Of a DNA stretch of 64,000 bases, positions 37,246 through 52,389 are shown piece by piece. The first letter of the stretch is position 1; each line of letters opens with the position of its first letter. Under the pieces are notes generated by a model. It saw nothing but the letters and a program-made list of their open reading frames with translations, did not search any database and was not told the origin of the DNA. This DNA comes from Paraphysomonas bandaiensis (Eukaryota; Protista; Chrysophyceae), in the NCBI GenBank assembly GCA_965644295.1, contig CBFFRP010000314.1, positions 109,458 to 173,457 on the forward strand, given 5' to 3'. A program made the position numbers and the translations under genes.

Positions 37246-37751
37246 TCGAGGGACATTCCTACTAAGTTAAGATTTTTGTTTAATTCTACTAACTTTAAAC
37301 TTTAAATACGGCCCAACTGCCTTTTTATCGCAATACAAATAGTGATTAAGGTGGCTGGCAACATACTTCATTCTCCATTATGTTGTTGATACGTTGATAC
37401 TGCATATATGGATCTTGGATATATATAGCGACGATCAGTAGATATCAGTATACACTAATACACCATTACTTTATTGATTCATATATTCATATAATATATG
37501 TAACCATAACAACTAATTGAATTGATGCTTTTTGATACTCCTGTATGTACAAGTATAAGGTACCAATATATTGTAAGTGAACAGATTAGTCAGAATGATT
37601 TAATTTATGCCACCATAGATTAAGTAACCAACAAAGACGAAACAGGATTCATATAGTAATGCCAGTGCATTCATTGCAACAGTCCACAACTCCGTTACAC
37701 AGATAAAAGAATATTTCATGATACCTACTACACTGCTATGAATATAACTCA

Positions 37752-40700
37752 CTATGCTACTCTGATGCGCGCTATATCTGACACAGATACTGAAATTCTG
37801 CACAATGGGCACGTCGACTTGACGGCCAGCCACTTCTTCCAACAGTCTCTGCAGCATATATGACCACATTTACTAGCGCACGGTACAGTGGGTGGATTTT
37901 CACTACATATTATACACTGTAGCCGTCCGAGCTTTTTTGTATTCCCCACGCTAGAAGTAGAAGGCTTTGCTGAAAGCTCAATGTTATCAATATGTGACAG
38001 TAAACCGCGGGAAATGGTGGTGGTCTTATCAGCAGAAGTTGAATTAGACGGAAGCAGTCTAGTGATGCCCTTTTCTTGTGATTTCCCTGGAGTTCCCCCA
38101 GACTCAGACGCCCGGGATGTCCCTTGCATGAATATGTGCCGCGCGCGCTTGCTATACCTACCTTCGGGAAGCTGCTGCGAATCAGAGTCCATTTCTGAAG
38201 GTGACTGAACAGTCGATGAAGATGAACTATCACGTTTCGGCGAGGAGATATCAGTACGATCTCTTTTCATAGAACTATGTTCTATACATGCCCTTGCTAC
38301 TTCTGTTTCTGTTCTTGCGGTATCGTGGAGAGAGGAAACGTGCCTCACGGTTTCTCTGACAATGGAACGATATTTATCGGTAAGTTTTTCGGGAAACAAA
38401 GTACCCAGCACAATCATTGCCTCCCGTAGTGGAACATCACTCAATTCGACAGTTAGCATGCGCACTACGTTGTCCACAAACTGGCGAATCTGCACTGAAT
38501 TGTTAAAGTGCGCACGACTGGGGCACAAACAACATTAACCTGTACAACATCAGATATAGGACCTGTTTGCTTCGATACGATTGACACTCGTTTTATTTCG
38601 GAGTAGAATTCGTCAAAGCAACGGGATGAGAGTTGTGCCTTCAGTGAAGCTGGAAGATACATATAAATTGGATGAATCGAACGACGTGGTACTTACACAC
38701 AAGGTCCTTGAATATTTCCCGTTTCGATTTCTTGGAAATGGAAAGCGCTGAACTTGTTCTGCTTTGACTCATATTATCACTACTTCGCTGCGACTGAGAT
38801 AAGATCTGCGAGAGCTCTTTTCCAAATGACGAAGAACCTCGGGACTGGGACTGATGCTGCTGTGAGAACCCTTCAGGTTTTTCCGAGAAGGAGCTGCTGG
38901 ACTCAAGGCCAGTAGATTTCCTTCGAATAGAAATATTCCCCTCGTCTCCATCCAGTAAACCAGAATTAGATCCACTGTCTGTAGAAGATTGGAGGGATTC
39001 GCTGGTGCGAATCATTCTCAATTTCTGAGCCAATACATTTTCAGAGGTGCGAAGTGGTTGTTTAAAAGGTTGGAAGCCAACGTTAGACTTCTTGACATTT
39101 TGCGTCACAACTGTTTTATTCTTGCTAAAAATATCGGCTATACTTCGTTGTGGCATAGGCTTAGAAGGCAGAACCAGCTGTTGTCTGGAACTTTTCATAC
39201 CATTGAGCGTCGTATTCATCTCCATAGCGCTTTCTTGAGGATTCGATAAAACGCTCGTCCTGATCACTTCTGATCGTTCACTACGAGCAGTGGAGGAGGA
39301 ATCAGTGTACCGGCGGCTGAAGGACCTTTGCGAGAGAAGTAGTGATGGGTCGATATACCCGTCCCCTTCCCCATCGTCCGTACCACCTTCCAAAGCACTC
39401 GCACTCACCACCACCTCACGTTCGAATCCCGGTGACCTTTCTTCATTACTATCACTCAAATTCACTGGGATTCTTCTGCTGACCCGTACAACCGGGGTCA
39501 TCTGTTTATACCGACACAGAGAGCTAGTCAATCGTAACATTGATACATAGCAACCATCCCACCTGTTCCGGTGGACAGAGAGAAGGATCTGCCATAGCAA
39601 CACCGCAAAACTCCCTAAAACTTTGCACAGCGGGGTAGAAGCTCGAAAACTTCTTGAGTCGAGGGCGTACCCAACGACTCAGCTGACCTCTTTGTCTATC
39701 CGCCTGGAACCTAGAAATAATACAATGTGAGGACGAGAGATAAGGCTGACAGATGGTATACCTAGAGTCAAGTAGAAATACAGCTCCCCAGTCCTTCTGG
39801 TGCCGGATTACTCTACCAAGCGCCTGTAAATACCGCATAGTCAACGGATTGCATACTATGACAGTAGTATATACATTTCTACCTGATTGACAGCCCTGCT
39901 CGCACCTTGTACATACCATGCCTTACCTGTGAGTTTTTGTATATTCCCAGCAACTTTGCTACGACCTACATGGGTTGATGTTGCTGTAGAAACGGGCATA
40001 TATGCATTTGGATTCGGTTTATAGACATCCGGAGTGCTGCGACTGCTAGATAGCATCCGCTGCACGTGTGCCTGAGCCTGCTGTACTGCAGCTGCCTGGG
40101 CACCCGACTGTATTCCTGATGATGCTTTCGTCTTGCATGAGTCATCCAAATGCATCTTCTTCAACACTACCCAGGGATCCATGTGGGGTGCAAAAGGAAT
40201 GCCTGTTATGATAGCCACTCGTCCCTTCGAGTCCCTAAAGTCAATACCCTCTGACATTTTCCCCCGACAGACAGCTAGCATCATACAGCGTCCAAGTTGC
40301 TGTAAAGCCGACTCGAATTCTGCTACTGGGTCCATCTGCTGCTGCTGTCTTCCTCCGTCTACAGTCTTCCCTTTTCCACCGTATGATTTCTCCAGTTGAC
40401 CGCTATCACCATGAGATGCAGACTGCGAACCTTTCAGCTCAACTACGACATGCCCCGCCGCACTACAGAGCCGTCCCCATGCCCCGGTCTGCCTCCACCT
40501 CTTCACAGTCGAATCCAGTGTACCATAAGATGGAAAGAACACAAGTACACCCCCTGACAAATCCGCAAATCTTGTTCCCTGATTATTCCCTGGCCCTGTG
40601 GGTACACCTCGCATAGCCTGACAAATGGAAACGATTGCATCTGCTAATTCATCCTGCAGCGCATGTTGACAGACCACGTTAACAGCCTAGGTCTAACCTT

Positions 40701-42598
40701 GTATTCTGTTGTCTCTCTTCGCTCGTACGTGGAAGTGAGCGCCTTGGCACCCGGTCCCGCAGAAACCGAAGACACCCATATTTGCTTCTCACTAAACAAG
40801 TTAGACGACTGCAGTGACATATATACAGAAAAGCTTTACCTTATTACATGCGGATTTTCTAACATGATGGTAAACGGTATCTTGAGATCTTCTCTAAAGG
40901 CATCCATGGGGGAGAGAGTTCCTTCATATAATTCCCTGAGCCATGCCACGCACACAAGTATCACAATAATCACCTGAGGTCAATAGTAGAGAACGCACAC
41001 CCAGTCGCTTGAGTTCTTCCATAGCCACCCCTGGGCTAAAACACCAGAAGTTAATCACCCTTTTTTTCTTCGCCACAGAGCCCCCTCTACCCGGCAGACT
41101 CCGTCCCCTCCCCATTCCATTCATGTTTCCCCCTCCCCCCTCCTCTTGGATAAATACACTGAAATCCCCTGCCCTCCTCGCGCACTCCTGCTGGTCCTGT
41201 CCACGGTAAACTTTAGCCAGAACTTGCGCCAGGGTAGTAAGTTTCGGCTCTGACACAGCCAAACGACCTCCAGCCCCAGCTCCCAGTCCACCAAGCATAG
41301 ATGACGTGTCATCCATCAAGAAATCAGCACACATCTTTATCTGTTCCACATTGCGTGCAGCCTACAATAGACCCAGTCAATTAATATACTAGATGTCCAA
41401 CACACAGATAGATTTTAATAGAGAGCGAGTTACGAACCAGTGCAACGGGAAGTCCCACAGCCTCCAGGAGAGAAACAAGCCAGGCTCCTGGGAACACACA
41501 GCACTTGGCGCCCCCCGACATCGTTACAGGCCCGGAGGTCGGTGATAGAGGAACTTCATCCAGCCGACGCTCCAGTTCAAACAAAGATTTGAGGATACTT
41601 GCGCAATTTTGTAGGCTTGGCTTTTCACCATTAACGCCGCGAGAAATTGCCCCCACCAGGTTACCAGACTTCTTGCTAGTAGTAGACGACTCCACAGATG
41701 ATGTATCTATCATCTGCAACAACGATACTACCTGCTTGAGTTCTTGGATGCAAGCGGCAATGTCAGCAGAAGAAATGCTGAACGAGGAAGCATCAGATGC
41801 CACCTGCTCAAGGTTATGCGCCTCTGTGCAAAACAATGGTGAATAATTACACCAAATAATTAATTACGCACCATCAATAATGACACTTGCCCCTTGCCAG
41901 TCCACACCCCTAAGAGTGTTACGAATAGAGCCATCGATGAGGTAATTGTAAGGCATTAGTAGCAAGTCACACTTGCTGGCATTGTCCCGAGAAAAAAAGT
42001 AAGGACATATTTTATCTTGCTTCCCCAGGGCTGCTAACTGTTCTATATCCATAATTGCCCCTCCTGATCCACTTCCTCCGGAATAATTTTCAAGATTGTT
42101 CTTATACATACAGCTCCGTTGAGCGCCAACTTTCGTGCATGCGTGATTAAGTGCTCCCCCGCGGAGGGACGATATTCGTTCATGAACACAGAGCTGCTCT
42201 CGAGATGCCACCACTGTCATCTTAGGTGTGTATCCACTGGCCCTCAGCTCGCTGACAACTTGCGACAACTGACTATGAGTACGTGATGCATATATGATCA
42301 GAGTAGAGCCACTAGAGGCAGAAGAATTACCAGCACCTTGTGGCTTATGTTGTGGCTGTGAGGGTAAATTGTACCCAATTGGCATTTTCTGTGGGGCGGC
42401 ATTTGCTTTCTTGGCTTCCTGCCACGCCAGTGCCGCACAGAGAAGACAGAGGGTCTTGCCTGTTCCTGTGGGAGACTCCAGCAGGGCGTTGGCGCCTGTG
42501 GACAAGGCCTCTATAACCCTCTCCATGTAGTCCAGCTGACACGGATACGGCTGGAAGGGGAACTTCACATCTATATCACGAATTCTAAGTGATGCCAT
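37752..42598 (-). CDS. RTEL1: RTEL1/FANCJ-family Fe-S DEAH helicase with C-terminal RING finger
   Basis: FPFQPYPCQ, ALLESPTGTGKTLCLLC, YASRTHSQL, SREQLC, CPYF, DE|AHN split by intron, LTSGTLSP, GGVLVFFPSY, AVCRGKMSEGIDF, RAVNQ|ALGRVIRHQKDWGA; C3HC4 RING at the end. Confidence 0.88.
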
Positions 42599-43074
42599 TC
42601 GGTCCAAGCGATATCGGCAACTGGGCTCCCGATATCAACTACTCATTCATGATATGTGTGCAGTGGCAGGTGTGAGTCTCTTCATAGTATCATAATAGAA
42701 TGCTGTAGTAATAACTTGACGAAGTGATCTTCTCAGTCTCACTTCACTTCATTCGTCTGTCTCATCATATGCATACTACTGTGTAAGTCTTGGGAGAGTG
42801 ATGCACTCCAGCTGTATGGTATGTGGTATACGTGTATGGTATACGTATGAGTTCATACAGCAGTATTTCGAAAATCAAATCAGTGTGGACAAAATAATTT
42901 GTTGGGAGAAACGGCACGACTTTTGTATTCCTGGTGCTGATGGTGTCTACTGGTGTACATATCTATCGTTCAAGTGAGGGCCGAACAATATCTACACCCC
43001 TCTACGTAGAGTCCATAGTGAAGGCATGAGATAAGAGCACAGAACATGCTATGCTGTAGAAGACTTTAAGACAG

Positions 43075-43790
43075 ACAGACGGACTCGTACCTCTTCGTGG
43101 TGTTATGGGGGGAAACTAAAGTGAGCCGCATAGGTATAGTTAGCAGATAGAGTTCAGCCCCCTCATATCCAAAAGCTTGTGTTACAAGGGACACAAACTA
43201 GTGTCTCTTGTGTAGATGTCTTTGGGCCCTGACGAACAAACAGGCATTCGGGAATGGGCCCACCTCAAGAGTAACCGGGGTTTGGGGCTGCCTGCTGAAG
43301 TTAAGCATCTGGGATGCATTCATCTTAAGGACAGAGAGCCAGAGTCCTGAAGTAAGCAATATCAGGTATATCAACATTCTGCTTGCACACTGCGTTTGCT
43401 TTGAGCGATAGAAAATCATATGTTGTTACACCTAGGTGCTTGCGGTGACGCACAAGCAGCTTTTGTAGCGTTGAATAGTAGGATATCAGAGTTAAGTGTT
43501 GGAAATTGCTCATTCTTAACTAGATCTCAGAGAGAAATTGTCGTTAGACTAGATAGAGTAATTAATACCGTTTACACGAAGTTGTGATAAACAACACAAA
43601 CTCATTTTGTTAGATCAAACTATTTCAGTTTCTCAATATCATCACAGCATTTGTACATCACTATATTTCACTGTATTCTCGTACATTGTTTTCAAGTGAC
43701 ATACTGAATATAGTAGAATAAGATCCATATTCTAATATTAAGCACTAACTCTTAAAAGCCTATTGCTAATAATACGACGTTCACAATTGC
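43075..43790 (-). repeat. Repeat family R copy interrupted by a solo LTR
   Basis: Reverse-complement match to 19170-19655 on both sides of the LTR. Confidence 0.85.
43497..43737 (-). mobile_element. Solo LTR of copia family 2 with intact TSD
   Basis: TGTTGGAAATTGCTCATT...CATATTCTAATA flanked by 5-bp TSD TTAAG (43492-43496, 43738-43742). Confidence 0.92.
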
Positions 43791-44138
43791 TGTTTTATAT
43801 CAACTTGCCAGTTCCAATGATATTTTGATCAATTAATTGAAGATGACAATTAATTGAAAATCAATTAATTCATTCGCAGTGACGGTCCCGGTTTTTACAC
43901 GGCGCTGTAAAACAGTGATAAAACAACACTGAAAAAGTAGAAGTGCATATATCTCAATTCTTGAACTATTAAATCATGCATTACAGAAGGCGATGCAATA
44001 CACAACACATAATCTGATACGACTTTAAAAAACCCACACAAATAATCGCTTCATTCCATACATAAAAAGTATCCACCAAACATGGCTGTAGTACAGAACT
44101 AATACGATGTTCACAATTAGAAGGACAATAGAGCGTTC

Positions 44139-46868
44139 TCACGCATCCGAAACGAGAGTTGACGACGTTGTCTGCTGACGATGTATATATTCATCGGAAC
44201 GCTTCGGTGAACTAGAAAAATACCGCGAACTAGCAGACGAGGAATTTTCTAGCAATGATTTTCTTCCAATCTTCAGATCACTAAGTAGATCCGCCCATCG
44301 CTGTACCCTCCGGATATTTTCCTCCTCGGATAAATTGCCCGCAGGGAATTCGAACTCATGAACTTTATTGGTGGGATCAGAGAATGATAGAACGGCACCA
44401 CCAGGGGTCTTTAAGTGCTTCGTTTCTATACGTTGAAAACTAAATATACTACTTACATATAACCAAGCAGGGAGTATAAATTGCTTTACCTTGAGCACCC
44501 AGTAATCAGCACCACTTTAGGGTCCCGTTTGTCCAACATATCCTTCCAAGTCATATACTTACAATCGGAAGTCAGACTCAAATATTTCACTTTATAACTA
44601 CCGAAGCTTCCGTGCGATATAACAGTTGTACCTTCAATTAAAGGACGGAGCTTGCGGCTAATTCCCGGTCGCATAGCAGCAGGATCCCTAACAACAGTCG
44701 GGGCAGTGGATATGTCATCACTCTTAGTTGATCGGAATAGCGTGTTAGTATCGATCGACATTGTGCGGCAGTGTGGATCGATCCCAGTTGGCGGAGGTGT
44801 ATCTGTTATACTTCGGTAAGAGTTAAATCTCGACGAGATATTATCATCGTCTTTAGATTCATTCGACATACTTCGAAGATGCATCATACGTGGATGGGTG
44901 AGAAGTCGGTTCTCTGCTCTTAAGCTGTTCTCTTGGTATGCTTGAAATAAGTTCGTTCCTATATGCGCTACAACACTTAAGAGCATCGGTTTTCGAAGTC
45001 CAGACAGCTCCGCAGATACTATAGAATTCACAGCTTCTATATCTCCAACCGGCAAACCTTTTATAGAGCTAACAATTTTCTCGCCAATAGACTCACAGGA
45101 GCTTGATTCCTCGTCTGTGAGCGGCCTGGTATCTTCATCTATTGAGTACCGCAACGTACTATCTTTTTCATGCAGAATTCTTTGTAGCTCGCCCTTACTC
45201 TCTTCTATTGCCATTATTTGATGCTCCAAATGCTTCGCGCGCTGCAACGCCTCTTGTAACTGACTGCGAAGGTCGATCTCTAAGTTTGCCTTAACTTTCA
45301 CCTGAATCTCACCGCAACGTTGCCCAAACCTACATTTCAATGTTAAAGCTGTCAGAGGTGTAGAAAGGGAATGAAATATCCGTTACAGAAAAATACGCAA
45401 TTCACCTTGCAGTGGAAACTGTTTCTTCAAAAAATTCAGCTTCGGCGGACATTGTAAGCAGGAAACAACTCTTGCAATTTCCCCCCAAACTGTCCCGTAA
45501 AATATTCGTTAAGACCGAATTACGGTAAGGTATATGAGTTGTGGGAGCAGATATCCAAGAGCGATTGTGGTCTGCGGCATAGCTCGCACTACTGTGTAAC
45601 CGACTGAAACCGTTTGCACGAGGGGTCTTTGAATTGGTAGCTTTTCGTGCCAAATCTCGAAGAGAAACAATCACTTGTTCCAAGAAATGTAAAGATAGAT
45701 TTATAGACCGCCCTTCCTTTACCACAGCATGTGTGTTGTCCGACTATAGTATTTCTCAGAAAAATTGCTTATCACGCAACATGTACCGTACCTTATACAA
45801 TCTCTCAGACCCAGCCAGGTCAACAAAATTTATCTTTCCAGATTTCAACAGTGTCCTGTCGCCACGACTAAATTCGCTTTCCATAATGATCGTAAATATA
45901 GCATGAGATCGAGAAGATGCCTGATTCATTGGAGTAGACGACGTCGTTCTACATAAAAGAATAACTAAAGGCATTTTTGCATGTGTGGTAACAGGATATT
46001 AATGTCGTGGTGGATAATGACTGCATAGTCAAACAGCTCACCTATTAGTTGACCCCATAAAAAACAAATTAAGAGCATCTTCTTCTGAATTTACTTCGAA
46101 TACGTTTAGGTTACGCAGCATTAGGCCATCCTCTCCTTCTAACACCTATGACACGACATTCAATAGCATTGGCGCAGGGTCAAGAAAAGAGTGACAGGGT
46201 ACAGTCTCGCATTCTAAACTAGTAGACCAATTACCTGCACTTTTGACCATTTCTCTAAAGGAAGCATGTGTTTCTGTGGATCTAATAGATCATATACTGT
46301 CTCGCCCAATACCTCTGTGAATGATATCAGGCACTTGTACGACGAATTCTCACTCTCGAGGCGAAAACTGACTTCCTCGAATACCACACTTAGTGCACGT
46401 GGAATCAGACCACGGTCTTCAAATGAATCGCCACCGCACATACTATAAGTCTTTCCTGTGAAGAAAGGGTTCATATGAAGCTAATTACATATCACAAAAC
46501 GCGGTACACTATACTCACACACCTGAACCGGTTTGTCCATAAGCCAAAACAGTGGAGTTTATGCCATCGAAAATATCCAACACCATGTCCTGAATGTAGC
46601 TAAACACATCTTCCTGTTTAGCATCCATGTCAAACACTTCATTAAATGTGAACGGTATAAATCCAGATGCATTATTGTGTACGAGCCCAGGGTCTGCTCC
46701 GAATGGTATCTCTAGCTCCAGTACCTTATAAGTATTAGCATTCTCCTCCGCATCACCACTAGTTATCCTGTACTCCATCATACCCCTTCCTCTGTGGTGC
46801 ATAGCTGGGCGTATACGAGCCAAGGTGACGAACGACCATGCTTGTTCTTTATCAGCAATATCGCTCAT
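44139..46868 (-). CDS. Kinesin motor protein (KIF6/KIF9-like) with coiled coil and possible C-terminal PH-like domain
   Basis: AYGQTGSG|KTYSM, MNQASSRSHAIFTI, FVDLAGSER, INLSLHFLEQVI, HIPYRNSVLTNILRDSLGGN. Confidence 0.92.
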
Positions 46869-47739
46869 GGCAATATCTTATAACTGTACGACTCAAACAA
46901 ATAAGAGACTGCAGATAATTACACTATACGCATGAGAACTGCGTTAGGGAGAACAGTAAAGTGCTTCAATGTGTTAGTAGCCTGTGCTCCAGTGTGCTGT
47001 ATCGGGATCTACTGTGCTCATACTCTGCTGTTGTGTGTGCTCACATGGGTGCTCGCTCATTGTCTGTATCGGTACAGCAGGAGTAGGAATTCCTACAGTA
47101 CACATGCATGTATGTTTTCGAAGGAACGATCACATGCAGGTCCGTATATAGGCAGGTCCAACAGCAGTATACAGCAGTAGAATATCGTATTATACTCTTC
47201 TGTTTACAGTATATATTTTATGAACTGCTATATACGCGGTATACCATATGGTATACTATTGCATGCTGGGCAGTGTATGTGGGTACATGCTGCTGTACGC
47301 GTCGCTCACTCCTACAGGATTTTTGACAAGGGTGTATATACTCTGTACATGTAGCATGTAGGTATACATACACCCCTACCATACCACATACCATACCGCA
47401 TTTATACTACGTACATCATCATAGCAAATGAGTGTCTCTTGTATTGTAATTTATCACAGCATTCTTTCAAAGCAGAGGATTATTTGAGGGGACATATTTA
47501 ACTGATTTGTTGCAGTAATCCAGGAATTCCATATTTGTCAACGGAATGCGCTAATATCGATAACGCTCACTACACGCCCTCAAGAGTTGATGATTATTTT
47601 CTATTGATACGGATAACACTCTCTCTGCAGTCGTATAACACTCTTACAACACAAGCAGCATGGCACAGCTCCTACAATATTACAAGTACCTATTTTCATT
47701 TGTCTGCTATTATTCGTTACGCATGCTGTTTTTGTCAGA

Positions 47740-50700
47740 TCCTTCCAAGGGGCAAAAAATAACACTGCAGCTCCGACTTTTGAAGATTTATCTATTGATG
47801 ATAATTTATCGGAGCTGGAACGAGTAGTTCGATATTGCAAGAGTTCAATTGCCTTACAAAGGTGTGTATTAGCACTATATTACGTGTTGTTGTTATATGT
47901 GTTGATCTCTAGATTGGTGCACGTGAAGATGTTAGCTGATGTTGCCAAGTCAGTAGGGTAAGACTGTCTCAACATAACGATTCCAATATTCATTCATTTT
48001 ATTAGATTTGAATGCACGAATGAGCACATCCTTCCCCTTCTTGAGCATATATCGGTTGATTTTGAATCTGCAATTCGTAGTCACCTCTGTGATCAAATTG
48101 CCTTCATAGCACAGGTTGGAATATCATTTGATTTAGTGGGACATGTCCATACTGCTGATAATATGCACGAAATAATGCCTATATCACGTATAATTATTAT
48201 CATCTTCTAAAATACTATCGTAGTTCTGCGCTACAGAAGGAGGGGAAGCTGGGTACCAAGTCGTTTTGGATGTCGTCCTGCCTATTCTGGCTCAACTTCT
48301 TGAGGATGATAAAGTTGATGTACGACTTCACACTATATACTCTACATTTTGTTCGTATTGATTTCTTTGTTATTGCCTAAATATCAGCTGTTTTACAGAC
48401 TAATGACTATGTCAATTATACAGGTGCGGCAGGCTGCAAGCGCTGCACTTGTGACTGTAGCTCAAATAGTTCAGCCTCTCGACTTAGGACAGCATGTGCT
48501 GACGATTATACTGGTATTATCATTTGCATTTTAATTCAGCAGCGTAATTGGATATGATTTATCGTGACAGTGTGATCATATTATACGTGTGTGTAGCTGT
48601 CTTGATCGTATGTATTGCTTTTTCGACTTTGCTTATTGTGTATGCTATTTCTCAGCAACTAGCGCACGAAGATGACAACGAAGAGATGCGTATGACAGCC
48701 TCTGAACTGCTCAACCTTCTCGCAGAGCATTTGGGTTTTGACCTCTGCAAACAATTTGTAATCCCTGAAGTGGTATCACTAGCAGAGGATCCAGTATTCC
48801 GTGTGCGGAAGTCCACTGCACTCAACTTCCAAAATGTCTGCAAGGTTGGGGGTGAATACGAGCTCTTCGAGCGATTGATGCCGGCCTTTGTACGTCTCTC
48901 GAAAGACGATATGTATCGTGTCAGGCGAGCATGTGCAGAGAGTTTGTGCGAGATTTCTAAACATGTTAGTGACGATATCCGCGCCGGAGTGCTGGTTGAG
49001 ATTTTCCTTCGGCTCGCACAAGATCCGTCGAAGTTAGTGAAACAAAGTGTTCTCCAACAATCGGGGATGTTTATATCCACTCTGCCGCCAAGAGTAATTA
49101 ACAGTGTCATCCTTGACCATTATTGCAACATGGTCAACACTCCGACTGGCGACATGGCCGTAGACGCGGAGCTGAGACACTACTGTGCATATAGCTTCCC
49201 TGGCGTACTTCAAACCGTGGGTTCAGAGAGATGGCCACAACTCAGACAGGTATAAAGTTTTATTTTATTTCACTTGAACGCACTGTTATAGTCATTTCAC
49301 TCTTGTATGGTACGTTGTTTATTATAAGCTCAGTTGAATGTGTGTGTGTTTTTAGGTTTATCACACATTAGTTCAATCCTCTGATACAAATGTAAAGCAA
49401 ACATTGGCATTGTCATTGCATGAGGTTGCCAAGATTCTTGGGATGAAACTGGCCGAAGAAGAGTTGCTCGCTGTATTCGAAGAGATGATACAGGTTCAGT
49501 GGATATCCTGACATCATATTTTATCTGCTCCTGTTTTATACTGCTTGTAATCGTGCGTAAGCAACTCCCTGACAGCAGGAGGTGCATTGTACAAGTGATA
49601 CCACTGTGTATACCTCGCCAAAGTTTGTTTGCTAAATAATGGCATACGTTGTAGGATATCGAAGTGGTACGCATGGGGGTTATTAAGTATCTCGCGGACT
49701 TCCTTCGACTGCTGTCCATGCCATGTCGTGTCTCCTACCTTCCTCTTCTCGATGACATACTGCAGACAACGTCACCGTTCAACTGGCGCCTCAGAAAGAC
49801 GTTTGCTTCTCAACTCCCAGAGCTAGTGACCCTCCCCCCTCCACAGAATGTCTTCAGTACTTTGTTTCCACTTGCAATGTCGTTACTGCAGGACCCTGTG
49901 GCACAGGTGCGTCTGGAGTCGTTCAAGGGTATTGCGAAAATGATGCTGGTGCTTCAACCGGGGTATGTACCATCCTACCTCGTAGAAAAGGAAGATGGTA
50001 CTTCTTGCCCCCCGCCTCCAGTTACAGAAGAGGAAGGCACCCAGTATCTCGTAGGTGTATCTCGAGCCATCAATGCCCTTGTGCATGGGGAAACATACCA
50101 ACATCGACAGCTCTGGGCAGAACTGTCACTCCAGCTTGTCAAGGATCTCCCAAGGGAAGTATTTGAAAAATACTTTGTATATGGAGTGTTACAACTCACC
50201 AGCGATCCTGTTTTGAACGTTCGAGTGAGCATCGCTGAAATGCTGTCTGGATGGGCACCAACACATCTGGCACCTTGGGAAAATAAAGACTCACCGTGGA
50301 AATGGCTTTTGGACCGCCCTGATATTCGCCAGTGCGTGCAGCGCCTCTCTAGTGACGACAAGGATGTGTACATCGCGATGCGGAAACTACAACCTTACTT
50401 TCCGGATATTGAGTTCAAGAATCTGTCTTGCAGAGGAATGAAGCATGCGCCTGGTGGGGCCATCCCTGTCGGCAGCGATAAAATAGATTCCTCCCACGAC
50501 GATTGCAATGTGCCTGTAGTGGCCGCGGATAGCCCTCCGTCTAGCGTTGGTAAAGAAGGTATATCACCACCGTCATCATTGTCGTCTTATTGTGAAGAGG
50601 ATGAAGAAGATGAAAACGAAGAGGCAATGGATACATTCGCTTCTGATGAGAGTAAAGAAATGCTGGTCCGACAAGTAAAGGTTACACGCCGCTGCACCCC

Positions 50701-51133
50701 TTCCCCAACAAAAGGTGGAGTTCTAGCTCCTGAGGACATAGTCGTTTCGGACGAAGAGTCTCCTATCGCTGTGTCATCGCCATCAGCTGAACCAAGCCCA
50801 ACATCATTGCACCTGCACGATAATGACGACGATGATGATTCCCCATCTGCAGCATACGATGGAAAGCTATATACGGAAGTGGAAAGTGTGTCGAAGGCAC
50901 CCGCCCAAGCGGAGATTCGGATGCCGCCGACTGCTCCAGTGGATGTAGCTGACGTCAATTTGGATGTAACGGAGTATGAAGATGCTAATGTATGTGAAAG
51001 CTCTACTCTAGCTGAAGGAGGGGAGACTGTGACACCTGACGATTTTTGCGAGTTTACTAGCCCCTTGGAGAGTGGATCGACTAGCACTGAAGAAGATGCC
51101 ACTAAAGAAGAAATAGAAGGAGATGCCTATTAG
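47740..51133 (+). CDS. PPP4R1: Protein phosphatase 4 regulatory subunit 1-like HEAT-repeat protein (5' exon not resolved)
   Basis: IDDNLSELERVVRYCKSSIALQR, LAEDPVFRVRKS, LSKDDMYRVRRACAE, CAYSFPGVLQTVG, FNWRLRK, DPVLNVR; acidic disordered tail. Confidence 0.82.
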
Positions 51134-52389
51134 AAACATTATTCAGTTTCAGACTGTGGGAATGTTAGAGTTTATGAGGTTCGTTGGAGTGCATCAAAAT
51201 CATGCATTGAAGGTATCCCATACGACAACTCCACTGCAATACATACGTCAAATAGCAGCTTAAATTGTTGGCTTTTAACCTTTATTACTGAAGGGAACTG
51301 TGTAGAATAATCCAGTTGTTGGTATTTAGAACAGACGATAATATTAATATATAGTATATGCATAGTATATTTCGTTAAGGAGTAGAATTGAGGTATAGAT
51401 ATTCATAGTGCTTTAGCATATTGCAATGCTGATGTAAATCTGCCACTCGTTGAAAGTTGTTATCGTAATTTTGCTTGCTTAGCTATTTTGTACACAGTGT
51501 TAGTCGTGACTACAGTATGAAGGGTCGAATAATTGGCAAAACGCACTTTACGGTTCACTTACAGGTCTTGTTTTAAATGTGTTCATCTGTCTTTATATTT
51601 ATTTAAAGGAAATAAGTTCCATAAGAAGCTGAATTTGACAGACACATGAAGCCAGTTTGAAATATTAATATGATACTATTTTTGATTTTGGAGTTATTTT
51701 ATTTTATGCAACCGTGGAATTTTTTCCCCACGATTTATAGTTTATAGTAGCATATCTAGTATAGTATATAGAGATATAGATATATATACCCCTCTAGATT
51801 ATTTTTAGAAAAGTATAGTATTATTATACAAGTATACATACATGGTAACATATATATAAGGGCAGATAATGTAGAAACTGGTAAGCGGAAACGAGCTTCT
51901 ATTACATCATCCTATAAAGTTTAGTTATTAATAAAATCAATAGTTGTTTTAGCTTTCTGTTGTTTTATTAACTTCAATTTATTTACTAAAATCTTCTAGA
52001 TTTTCCCACAAAGTTAAAAAATGATTACTTCAATTGCAGGGCGCTTTTTGTTATTTCTATTAATTTGTATGAGGTTGGTGGTCAAGGAGAATGAATGTGA
52101 TATTTTACAAAACTAGGTGTTGCTTTCTACTCTATAATCGAATGACTTTTAGTTAGATGTAATTAGTAATGAGGTGGCTATATCGTCCCGCGCTCGAAAT
52201 TTTGAAACAAGGGGAAAAGCCCGAGTTTTCAACTTTGAACAAAGAATAGCAACTACTGCGAGGAATTGAAATTGGAACAAAATGGTAATGATGAGTGTAA
52301 TAACTTGAGTCGCAAAAGGCTTCTTGTTGTTAGCACCATCATATTATTATTTAGTGCAGCTGACTCGAATACAGTATGTATGATTGTAG

